Assembly (NCBI GenBank): GCA_047495785.1
Contig: JBLDXI010000025.1
Location: 248,001-312,000 of the forward strand
Direction: 5' to 3'
Source: Lepidodermella squamata
Taxonomy: Eukaryota > Animalia > Gastrotricha
DNA: 64,000 nucleotides
Shown: piece by piece, positions 1 to 10,800 of the stretch
How the letters are laid out: every line of letters starts with the position of its first letter
Position numbering within the stretch: the first letter of the stretch is position 1
The notes under the pieces: model-generated
The model's input: the letters and a program-made list of their open reading frames with translations, nothing else
Database searches by the model: none
Told to the model about the DNA's origin: nothing
Program-made: the position numbers and the translations under genes

Positions 1-833
1 ATCGCATCATGATTCCTGACCCCTCGGCTATCTACAAGCCTGCCATCGGCTTCCGAAGTTCGGTTGATGACATTGCGATGCAAAGCGAGTTATTCTATGA
101 CCGTATGGAGCTCTACTACGAAAAAGTCGACAATGCTCTGGAACTCGCGTTCTTCTGGAAACGCCGCGGCATCTTCACGTCCGTCTGCAACTTGAACCTC
201 GCGAAATTTCCATTCGACAGCCAAACTTGCAACTTGCAATTTAACATGGTCGAATCAAACACCCTGGTCAAGTTTACGCAGGCGAATATCATCCAAAACA
301 CCGTTAGCTCTCGCGTCGACATATGGACGTTGCAGAAAGGCGGTTATTCATTTCAAAACATCACGCCTGATGGGGAGGATACAGTCAGCCAGGTGACTTA
401 CACGTTGGCCTTTCAACGCCACCCGATGTATTTCCTCAGCAACTTACTAGCCCCGTGTTTGGTTTTGAATTTCCTGGAGCTGGTCGCGTTCCTCATCCCG
501 CCAGATAACAGCGACCGGCTTTGCTTCAGTGTTTACTTGGTGTTGGCCTTTGCTGTCGGCCAGACGCAAGTCCTGGCCAGCATCCCGCAAACTCCGCAAC
601 ATGTGTTGCTGAATGATTACATCCAGCTGTTGGCAATCGTCTGCGTCGCTTGCAACCTGCACGCTATTGCCATGTTCTGGTTTGTCACTACATTCCCGCG
701 TGTTGCTAAAAAGAAAGTTTGCGCCAAGAAGTTGTGTGTTAGCACGGTTGTTGATATCGTAGCGTTCAGCCTAGCCCTGGCAATGCTACTCGGCGTCAAC
801 ATTTATGCCATGTCGGCCGCAGGGTACATTTGA
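1..833 (+). CDS. Cys-loop ligand-gated ion channel subunit (nAChR-like, non-alpha), 5' part outside window
   Basis: Cys-loop CNLNLAKFPFDSQTC; pre-M1 'LAFQRHPMYFLSNLLAPC'; four hydrophobic segments; very short M3-M4 loop; no vicinal CC in loop C. Confidence 0.85.
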   Translation, partial: RIMIPDPSAIYKPAIGFRSSVDDIAMQSELFYDRMELYYEKVDNALELAFFWKRRGIFTSVCNLNLAKFPFDSQTCNLQFNMVESNTLVKFTQANIIQNTVSSRVDIWTLQKGGYSFQNITPDGEDTVSQVTYTLAFQRHPMYFLSNLLAPCLVLNFLELVAFLIPPDNSDRLCFSVYLVLAFAVGQTQVLASIPQTPQHVLLNDYIQLLAIVCVACNLHAIAMFWFVTTFPRVAKKKVCAKKLCVSTVVDIVAFSLALAMLLGVNIYAMSAAGYI

Positions 834-1219
834 ATCCTTATCATCATCAGCATCATCTCTGCTTTATCAGCTTCTAAGAAATCCGGTGTTACCCGTCGTG
901 AAATGTCGTCCCCTTTAAATTTCATTCGAAACTCAATGTTTAGCTTAGATCTATCACGCTTATGGAATAAACATGAAACGTGGAAAATACTTGTTAATTT
1001 CGAGCGAAACACGTCGTGCGAATTCCCACATCCATATTCTTCAGTGAGAATCAAGTTTATTCAAGTATATGCGTATATTCTTCAATGAGGCAAAAATAGT
1101 ATCGCACCAGTTACCAGCAGAGCTAAAAACTTGGCGGATTCCAGTGCAGTTGCATGGCTCATAATCGTTCTGTGAGGGAAAAATGATGAATTAAGTTGCA
1201 TTTAAATTAATATCTAAAT

Positions 1220-1744
1220 TTACGGTGGCGCTACGCCGTGAGGTGTTTTTTGGAAGAGACTTTTGTCCATTCCAACTTTGTCTTTGAAAACCTGGAAGCC
1301 TTTGTCCTCTTCTGCCTGGGTTATTGTGTTGTTTCGAGCCAGAATCCAACCGTAGTTGGAAGTGCTCCATACTACAGCCATTCGATAATCGCCGCCAATG
1401 TAAAGAACCTGATAATCGCCACAGACAGGTGCAGCTGGGAATTTTACGCAGAGCTTCGCATTATCCTTGATAGTGGCGTAGCCGCGAATGATGTTCCATT
1501 CTTTTGTTCCAGTGAGCCATTCGCGATTGATGACGCCGATTGTTCCATTGTTGTAATTTGTGTAAAACGCAGTGGTGTCAACTCCTGATTGGAAAATGTT
1601 ATTCTTCGTTCGCCAGATTTCGTACCAGAGACCGACGTATTTGTTGACATCGAATGGTGACTGTCTATCAGGGTTTGGTTGAGGCGGACATGCGTGCACA
1701 ACTCCTATAACGACGGCAGATAAGAAAATAATGGGCAGGTTCAT
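1220..1744 (-). CDS. Secreted lipocalin (Blc/ApoD-like), intronless, copy 1
   Basis: Signal peptide; SCR1 FDVNKYVGLWYEI; 'DYRMAVV' and SCR3 'WILAR'; first ATG at 1744 (the ORF track starts at an upstream GTG); TATAAAAG at 1788-1781. Confidence 0.9.
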   Translation of the reverse strand: MNLPIIFLSAVVIGVVHACPPQPNPDRQSPFDVNKYVGLWYEIWRTKNNIFQSGVDTTAFYTNYNNGTIGVINREWLTGTKEWNIIRGYATIKDNAKLCVKFPAAPVCGDYQVLYIGGDYRMAVVWSTSNYGWILARNNTITQAEEDKGFQVFKDKVGMDKSLFQKTPHGVAPP

Positions 1745-1780
1745 TTCAGACACGTCAACTATTTATGAATTTTATGTTTG

Positions 1781-1788
1781 CTTTTATA
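1781..1788 (-). promoter_or_regulatory. TATA box of lipocalin copy 1
   Basis: TATAAAAG about 40 nt upstream of the ATG; the same motif precedes the paralog. Confidence 0.6.
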
Positions 1789-2071
1789 CTCACATTTAAG
1801 CATCCCAAATCCCAAAGGCATCTCGTTTGAATTTGAAGGGATTAAGTCCTAGTTTTCGTATGGATTTGTGCATTTTTTCAAGTATCGATGACCAACAGGT
1901 GTGAACTTAGTGAAAAGAATGCACCAAACAGGGAAATTGCACTTGAATATATTTTCGTGATCCGATACCATCTCATTTGGTGTACCTGGAATGGCCAGTG
2001 CTAGATCGTCAGAGGTAAATAAAAGAATTAACCTTAAAAAGGAAGCCGCATTAAAAGCAAGCACTGTTAAA

Positions 2072-2209
2072 AGCCATAACAAAGGAATGAGCTAAAATAC
2101 TTTGAAATAGATCGCTTCATTCTTCAAACCAAAAATTAGCCATAACAAAGGAATGAGCTAAAATACTTTGAAATAGATCGCTTCATTCTTCAAACCAAAA
2201 ATTAGCCAT
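2072..2209. repeat. Perfect 66-bp tandem duplication with 6-bp AGCCAT junction microhomology
   Basis: AGCCAT at 2072, 2138 and 2204; two identical units. Confidence 0.95.
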
Positions 2210-2887
2210 TAATTTATCAGTTTTCAGTGCTGGGAAAACGTTTGCACCAAAATATGATTCAAGTATTATTGAACCCCCATCTTCTTAAACTGTTCCATTA
2301 GAATCGAATTGAAAATCAGCGACGAATAAAACCTGTAGTAAATTGAATGGTAACTTTCGGTATTTTGTACCTATTTTATCGGCTTCTAAGTTTTTTTGCT
2401 GTAGATATAAAACTATCTGACTGCGATACTCATTTGGTAGTCATTAGACACATAGGTATTGCTTTTCTCTTTATACTATGATTACCGATTTAAAAAATTG
2501 AAAGCTGCTTGGTTTATTTTTCCGAATTTAATCATATCGTTAGCGGCGCGCCAAAACAACCACTTAGATGATTCATTCGATCGTACTTGAAGTCGCCGAA
2601 CGTAACGATAAAGTACGATAGGCCATTTGAGCACTGATTTTTTTCTACTCTCGATCGTACTATCCATATAAAATCTATAAATAGTAAAGTGGTTGTTCTG
2701 GCGCGCCGCTAGCGATATGAACAAATGATGATGCGAAAACTTTCACCAGTTTTTGATGAAGCTGATCATTGTCATAACGAAGGCTGTAGCGATGATGAAA
2801 TTATGTGACTGAGTGACAACAGCACAGCTCATGATGGTTCTAAAATTTCAAGTGAAAAAGTAGGTCTACTAGGATGAGAAAGGCAAC

Positions 2888-3415
2888 TTACGGCGGTGCT
2901 ACGCCATGTGGAACTTTATAAAATTCGCTCATGGGAATAGTCGTTCTCGCCGAAAATATATTGAACGCCGTAGTTTCTTCGTCAGATGTAATTGTATTAT
3001 TGCGAGCTAGAATCCAGCCATACTGCGCTCGACTGTAAACGACGGCCAATGTATAGTTGCCGCCGATATAGAGAACTTGATAATCTCCGCAAACCGGTGC
3101 CGCTGGAAATTTGACGCAAAGCTTTGCACTGTCGACTACATTTGCGTATCCACGAATGATATTCCACTCTTTTGTTCCCGTGAACCACTCGCGGTTTATG
3201 ACGCCAACAGTTCCATTGTTGAAGTTCGTGTAAAATGCAGTTACATCGACGCCTGATTCAAATATGTTGTTTTTAGTTCGATAGATTTCATACCAAAGTC
3301 CCGTGTATTTATCTAGATCGAATGGCGATTGCCTTTCAGGATCAGGTCGCGGAGGGCATGCTTGCACGCTGCAATAGGTCAGCGCTGCCAGAAAAGCAAA
3401 GACTCGAATCATCAT
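2888..3415 (-). CDS. Secreted lipocalin (Blc/ApoD-like), intronless, copy 2 (tandem paralog)
   Basis: FDLDKYTGLWYEI, KLCVKFPAAPVCGDYQVLYIGG, WILAR; highly similar to copy 1; signal peptide from MMIRVFAF; TATAAAAG at 3477-3470. Confidence 0.9.
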   Translation of the reverse strand: MMIRVFAFLAALTYCSVQACPPRPDPERQSPFDLDKYTGLWYEIYRTKNNIFESGVDVTAFYTNFNNGTVGVINREWFTGTKEWNIIRGYANVVDSAKLCVKFPAAPVCGDYQVLYIGGNYTLAVVYSRAQYGWILARNNTITSDEETTAFNIFSARTTIPMSEFYKVPHGVAPP

Positions 3416-3469
3416 TTTACGGTGATGAGAAAAATTCATGTGTGGAGAGACCTGGCAAAGTTTGCTCAA

Positions 3470-3477
3470 CTTTTATA
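3470..3477 (-). promoter_or_regulatory. TATA box of lipocalin copy 2
   Basis: TATAAAAG about 55 nt upstream of the ATG. Confidence 0.55.
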
Positions 3478-4204
3478 CCGGCACCTGTTTGTCCGTCATC
3501 CATCGAGACACTGGTAAGATCAAGTCATGATGGTGTGATTTCGTGTTCCTGCTCCGCCCTGCATTGTGCTGAGTAATTCAAGTTTAATTTTGCTCAAATT
3601 TAATTAACTCGGGTAGCCTTTGCACTCTATGCTGTTTTCAGCCGCGTCAGTGCTAAAGAGAAAATGTATAACGTGACGCACCCACAATCCTTTCAACATA
3701 GGTCGAAGGGCTATGGATTGTGATAATAAGTGAAGGAGGTAAGACAAAAAATGACTGGATCGCACTGACCTCGGATGATTTTCGGCGGACTTCCGATTAT
3801 GGATCAATAAACAGGATTAGACCGAACCCTGTTATCAATATAAATTGATATTCTGCAAACTGCTTTCGCGCAAGGAGCATCATTTAGGGCATTTCTTTTG
3901 CTTTCAATAACAGTTTTTCACAAGCAGCCGACATCGGTAAGAGTATGATACTATGATGATAGTAGCATCAAAAGTCAATGGAGCATGATTTTGCTGTAAA
4001 CCTTGACGTCAGATGCAGAGTTCAGACTTCAATAAACGTTGCTCCCAAAGTCCAAAAACCTGCGCAAAATTCGCTCGCAACCGACAGAAACATACGGCTT
4101 CATTTTTTAGAATTTACATGTATAAAATATTTAGAATTTGTAATATATAATTTTTGCCACTGGGAAAAATCTCGCCAAGTTTTGACCTTCAACACCAATT
4201 CGAA

Positions 4205-4223
4205 TTTTAAATTCGCGCGAATT
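4205..4223. promoter_or_regulatory. Candidate E2F/CDE-CHR-like cell-cycle promoter element
   Basis: Perfect palindrome AATTCGCGCGAATT (4210-4223) next to TTTAAA, about 140 nt upstream of the CTF8 ATG. Confidence 0.35.
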
Positions 4224-4360
4224 CTCAAAGATGTTGGCACGGTGTTGATTGATCTCCGAAGGATCCCTTCGCTTTCCTCACCGCCCCGCGCCCGGACACG
4301 AAGCTTTAGCGTCCCTCAAAACTTTCGATCCGTCTCAAAGTTGGACTTCTGCTCAGTGAA

Positions 4361-4823
4361 ATGGTCGTTATTTCTTTTTTACGTGAGCCCAGCCAATCTA
4401 GCGTCCCCGAGTTTTCTCTGATCGAGTTACAAGGATCCCTCAATGTGCAGGAAGGCATGGAGCTAGCAGCTCAGGAAATCGGTCACCTACTTTTCCAGAA
4501 GTCAAACGTATGCGTTGGAATAGTTTTTCCATGTGTCTTGCAACTAATGCAATTGATTTCAGAATTCCCCTGTGTTGATCATCGGCCATCATGTCCTGAC
4601 TGGCAAAGTTGAAGAGTTGAAGCGTCCTATCGTAATATTTCGAAGGCCCGATAACTCTTTATCAACACAGCCTGTTTCGGAAAATCTGACTCTCCAAAAC
4701 ATCGAAGTCCCACCTTATATTGCTGAAGGCGTTGTCAAGCGTAAACTAATCTTCAAAATGCGTCCTCGTCCATTTGTCACCTCTGCTGCCACTGTTCAAA
4801 CTACTTTTGGATCTCCTAAATAA
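4361..4823 (+). CDS. CHTF8: Chromosome transmission fidelity protein 8 (Ctf18-RFC subunit); exons 4361-4507, 4563-4823
   Basis: Motifs EFSLIELQG, IGHLLF, PVLIIGHHVLTGKVEELKRP, KRKLIFKMRPRP match Ctf8; 55-nt GT-AG phase-0 intron; 135 aa. Confidence 0.88.
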
Positions 4824-4857
4824 AACTCTTGATTTCTTTCTAGATGTTGTTGAATTG

Positions 4858-7800
4858 ATGGCTTATCCTACCAGAAGAGCCCTCCGCCTAGCTGGCCAGG
4901 AGGAACAGGAAGGAGGAGCCAGCCCGAGGCAGAATGGTGCTGGGCCTTCATCAACGACGAATGGCAAGCTGAATCGACGGCGGGACTCACGCGATGAAAC
5001 TGGAACTGACGACGAAGACGAGGAGCGACTGATTGGCGGTCTCCGTCGTTCAAAACGCATTACGAAGCGTATCCTAGTCGCTCAAGCTATTCCGTTGGAA
5101 GAAATGACTGAAATCGACATGTACAGCCGGGTGAAAAGTGGGGCTAGGCAACATTACAACGACGACGGATTACGAGTTCGCCGGCCTAAAACCAATGGCA
5201 CGAGTAAGCAGAATGGTGATATGAACGGGGCGAATGGTGAAGAAGGGGAAGTTGAAGAGGACGAAGACGAAGAGGAAGGCGAGGAAGACGCGACTCGCGG
5301 TTACAATCTCCGCAGGCACCGAGCTCAGCCTCAATTCTTCGTAATTGAACAAAGCGAGCCTAGGAGAAAGGTGCATCACCATCATCACGAAAACCATCAC
5401 CACTCACATCGCCGCCATTCACATTCATCTCGCCGTTTATCGAGACGGCAGCTTCATTCACCAGGAGGCTATTCAACCACGCCATCTAGCTCAGATTCTG
5501 AACTTGAAGCTAGGTCGAAACGCGACAAAGCGCCACGAGATGACGATATGCGATTTGAACATCGTAGGATTCGGTCAATGGCCTGTGCTCGTCGCGAGGT
5601 TCTTCCCGTTAATTTTTCGAATGCAGATCTCGAATTGCTCGGGCTGAAAGACCGGATCAGAGCTGGGCAAAACGTGGCTGATATCGACCCGATGTACATT
5701 GATAAAACAACGACTTTCGAACACATTGGTGGGTTGGATGGCCACATTCGCCAGTTGAAGGAGATGATAGTCTTCCCACTGCTGTACCCTGAGATGTTTT
5801 CTCAGTTCGGCATTCAACCACCTCGGGGTGTGCTATTCTTCGGACCTCCTGGAACAGGCAAAACGCTGTTAGCCAGGGCTTTAGCGAATGAATGCTCGAG
5901 GGCTGGCGGCCGGCGAGTGGCGTTTTTCATGCGGCGTGGTGCCGATTGCCTCTCAAAGTGGGTCGGCGAGTCGGAGAGGCAGTTGCGGCTCTTGTTCGAC
6001 CAGGCCTACCAGTTGCGGCCGAGTATCATATTTTTCGATGAGGTCGACGGCTTAGCGCCGGTTCGATCGTCCCGCCAGGACCAAATTCATAGTTCAATTG
6101 TTTCGACTCTACTGGCTTTGATGGATGGGTTGGATTCGAGGCAGGAAGTCGTCGTAATTGGAGCGACAAATCGCCTTGACTCAGTTAGTTATACTTGCTA
6201 TATTTGTCATCCAATCGCAATTTTGCGTATTTTGATACATTTTACTGCTTTAAACGACCCTAAATTTATCAAATCGAAAATTTTGATGCACTGAGATTCT
6301 AATATTAGGAGTACTTTTTCGCTTCGTGCGTTGTCTTTTTGAACTGGAATAACGTATTTAGTGCACATCTTGGCTAAGCTATAAAGCGTGTTGTTTATTT
6401 TGACGGAGGCGTACGCGGGCTATTTTGCTTGGGTTGACCTTGGTCCGGCTGAGAAGTTCACCAGTTCTTCAAAGCAGTTTTTAGTATCCCTTTCACACAA
6501 TTTGATGGAGGAAAAGTAAACTATACCGAAGAAAATCCTAGCGGAATATTTCAGTAATTTTTGATATTTTATCTGGATTTCCGGATTTTTCGCTCTATTT
6601 GACAAGTTTCGAAGAGGATTAAAATTTCCCGTGGCGAGACACTTACGGAATTTCGCGCATTTCCAAAAACTGGTAAATTATTTATCTGAGCGCCATTTCA
6701 GAATGAAAAACTGCGGAAAATAATAAACGAAAATTCAAACCCCGAAAACTCAGATTAAATGATTCGACCTTGGGAAAGCTTAAAAAATGAGAAAATGCTG
6801 AATAAATATTTTTCTAATTTTCTGAATTTATGGCGTAAAAAAGCATGACCGTGGAATTTTGAATACAACCCGCCCCGATTATAAGGTTTTTCGATCTTTC
6901 TCTGTTTGCTCATGAGAAACTCTGTAAATGATCAGATATTTGGTGTTATCCATTGATTTGGGATCAATCAACTTGTCTGCTATTTTTGTTAGATCGACCC
7001 TGCTCTGCGGCGCCCCGGCCGTTTCGACCGCGAGTTCCTGTTCCGCCTGCCGAACCGGTCGTCGCGGCGTGAAATCCTGCAGATCCACACGCGGCAGTGG
7101 CAGCCGGGCCTGGCGCCGTCGATGGCGGACGCGCTCGCCGAACGCACGGTCGGCTTCTCGGGCGCCGACCTGCGCGGCCTGTGCACGGAGGCGGTGCTGA
7201 ACGCGGTGCGGCGCCGCTACCCGCAGATCTACTCGTCGCGCGACCGCCTGCTCATCGACCCGAGCCAGCTGCGGCCGAACGCCGGCGACTTCCAGGTGGC
7301 GCTCGCGAACATGCTGCCGACGGCCGCGAGGGCGCGCCAGCCGCTCGCCTGGCCTCTCTCCGAGACGGTGAAGCCGCTGCTGGCGGCGCAGTTGGGCGCG
7401 TTTCTCACGCAGATTGCCAAGAACTTTCCGCTGTTCACGGCGGCGGCGAACCGCGACGAGGACGACCGCCAGTCGGAGCACAGCAAGGAAGTCATGTGCG
7501 CATCGGTAAGCCACGTTTTTACTACCTACTCATGTAGCACAAGTTTCACTGTGCGAAATTCTAATCAGAAATTATTCAGTTGGAAATATTTCCATTATAA
7601 CGTATGTTATAGTATTATTTCCATTATAACGTATGTTATAGTATTTTTGGAAAAAAACATATTTTTCAAGGGTTAAGAAGGATTATGAGGAGACTGCGGG
7701 TTGACCTTCATGTCAGAAGTGCTGGAATCACCGCAGCAATAACCGAGAACACGTTTGTTTGGTTAAAAAGAAGCTTAATACTGAACTGCATCATATTTCA

Positions 7801-10800
7801 AGCAAGGGTGTGTTGGACTGTTCTCGATATATATCTGGCGATTTTTCGCAATTTTTTACAACATGCTTATGCAACGTTTGCCTGAATTAGGACATTTTGG
7901 TCAATAATTTACAGAGTTTACTTCGACGGCCAGTTTGAAGGAAGGCGGTTCGTCCGGACCCAGCCGGGATACACGGAGAAGAGAATCTTCATCATCCACG
8001 TGGATGACCCATGATGAATTGTCGAAGTATTTAACTGCGAGCGGTTCCTTACAAGTTGAAGTTTATCGTTTCGAGATCGAAGCATATCTAACTAAGTGAT
8101 TCTAAGTGAAGAATTATTACTGAAATATAATTCAAATGAAGATCCATCTCAATGCATGTTTTGGATGTGGAGATGATAACCGATCTCAAACAACGCAGGA
8201 AAATTGTACCCTTCCTTGCTTGTACACTGCGATGACGCCGATTACTGCATCTAGTAGATAAATACTGTGCCAACAGGACGCGAAATTCTTCTTTCATTCC
8301 AATTTTCATTTAAATTAGGTGAGAAAAACTAGAAATGGGCGACATCTCAGCGGTAGGGGTGTTATTATGACGCCATTTAGACGGGAGATCGGCTTTGGTC
8401 CGCAATTAAATCAGCGGGCAAGCGACGGCCCTACGAAAAGCGTATCGAGAAACTGTTTTAGGAGACTATCTGCAGATATTTAATGATTCAGCTACTGGGA
8501 CGGGTACTGTTGATCCTGAATTAGACTGATCTTACGTGAAGACTTGACTACTGTCGGATAGCGTGTCCTACCGTATTACCGCGCTTTGAGTGTCACATTA
8601 TCAGAGACTTAGCTGACCTATCTAATATTACTATCAAAGTCTTCGTGATTCTGTAGCGTAGCATCCAAAGTAATGGTGATTAAGGCGCGAATAACAGAAA
8701 ATTGAAGAAAACATGTTAAATGAGATGAACTTGAATTTGCATTGAATGTTCAATTTTCGACATTCTAGTAAACATGTGTTGTTTTTTGCGTCACGGTGTA
8801 CTCGCCGACACGTGTGACAGCTGGGCCTTTTTCAGGTACCCTAATAATTCCGCCGTTTAAAGTGGCGAGAAGCATAAAAAGCTTAGATTTAAGATTTAAG
8901 ATATGAAATTAAAAATCGAGTAAGTAAGGGATAGAATGTCTCAAATCGAATCAAAATTGTTTGAAAACGGTGAAATCAGGTCAAATCAACAGCTCGATTT
9001 GCTAAAAATATATTTTATGCTGATTTTTAACAGTCGGAAACCTCGCTACCGGGCAATATCAATGGGCTAAGCTCGCAATCGTCGGCGATTTTCCGGCCTC
9101 GAATCCTGGTGTGCGGCAAGCCGAGCCAGGGCCACGTCGCCCACCTCGCCCCGGCCGCCCTGCACGCGCTCGAAGACTTCCAGATCCACGCGCTGTCGAT
9201 CGCGAGCGTGTTCGGTGCCAACGAACTGCGAAGCCCCGAAGACGCGGTTCACTCGATCGTGACCGAGGCCCTGCGAACCGCCCCGTCCGTGCTGTACCTG
9301 CCCGACTTCGACCAGCTGCTCTCGATCGCGTCACAGCAGCTCAAGGTCGTGTTGCAGTTGGCGCTCGAGTCGATCAAACCCGACTTACCGATATTTTTAC
9401 TAGCGACCGTTCGGCACGTTTGGTCGAAGACAGGCTCGCTGCACTTGATACGCGACATGTTCCGGCCCGAGCTCGGCCAGGTGTTTGAAATGCGGGATCC
9501 GGATGCCGCAGAGCGGAAAGCTTTCTTCGCTCCTCTTTTCAAGCTCAAGTGAGTCTCTAGACTAATTTATTTTCAGTGCCATTTTATTTAAACTTTTTAT
9601 AAATCGAAATATTTAGGATTGTATTGCGAATTAGAAGTGGAAAATTTTGAATTCAACTGACAATTTTCAGAGTGTTTTAAATCTGAAGTACTGCATATTT
9701 TTCCCAAATTTGTATTTCTGGGAATTTCAAACTTGCCTTGAATATTTTTTGTTATTAATGTGAAGTTTGCTGGGTTTTTTCGAAGTCTCAAAACGTTTAA
9801 CATTTTGCATTCGATTCCGCCAAAACAGGGCCAGAATTATGAATTTTTAGATTTATTAAGCTTCGTCATTTTCTTTATTCGTCAACACTTTTAAAAGAAC
9901 ATTAAAAAAACAACGAACAGTCGTTTTAATAAAATGCAATTTTCAGACTTCAATCCGACGCAGTGTTGGTCTCAGCGCACAGTGAATCGACGATTTGCTC
10001 ATCAAACGGCTCACTCTCCCCGACAACAGCCACCGCCCCCGCGATCTCGATGTCGCACCCCCAAATCATGGAACACCTGCCACTGGCCCCGATCCAGCCC
10101 GGCCACACCATTAATTTATCGGACGCTGAAAAGGCGTCGCTTTTCCTGCGCGAGGAAGTCATCCTGCGAGAAATGCGCCAGTTCCTGCGCGACATCCTCA
10201 ACCGGCTGCTGCGAGACCGCCGCTTCGGCGTGTTCTCGCGCCCGGTCGACCGTGAAGACGCGCCTGACTACTACGACATCATCGCGACCCCGATGGACCT
10301 GTCGCAGATGATGTCGAAGATAGACCGCCACGAGTACGGCGCCGTGTCGGACTTCGTCGCCGACATCGACCTGATCGCGAGAAATGCGCTCGAGTACAAC
10401 CCGGAGACGGACGCGAATTCGAGGGCGGTTCGGCACCGGGCGTGTGCCCTCAGGGACGCGTGTTCCGCGCTCATCGACGCCGAGCTGGATCCGGATTTCG
10501 AGCGGCAGTGTCTGGAGATCAAACAGAGCCGCCAACAGCGGGGCATTGACGCGAAGAAAACAGCGCCCGCTTTCATCTACACCCCGGCGTCGGCGCAGCA
10601 GAACCGGCCGAACTCGCAAAATTCTAACCAGGCAAGTCATTTGTTTAATTTCAGCGAGTTTCTTTCACAGCCATCACCTACCGAGCCATCAGTAGAAGGT
10701 GGCCTAAATACTATATTATAGACAGTCGACTTGCCATATATGTCGTAGAAAGAAAGCAAGTTGCATTTTTGCACAAAATGCATAGATTTAATCGAGGTGT

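Noticed and set aside
6879-7537. Long alternative-frame and antisense ORFs over ATAD2 exons
   Set aside because: Explained by high GC and stop-codon scarcity
7915-8025. Exon-like segment in the ATAD2 intron (acceptor at 7914, donor at about 8026)
   Set aside because: Flanking exons are phase 0, and in that frame it hits TGA after 7 codons; exons 7505^9034 join directly
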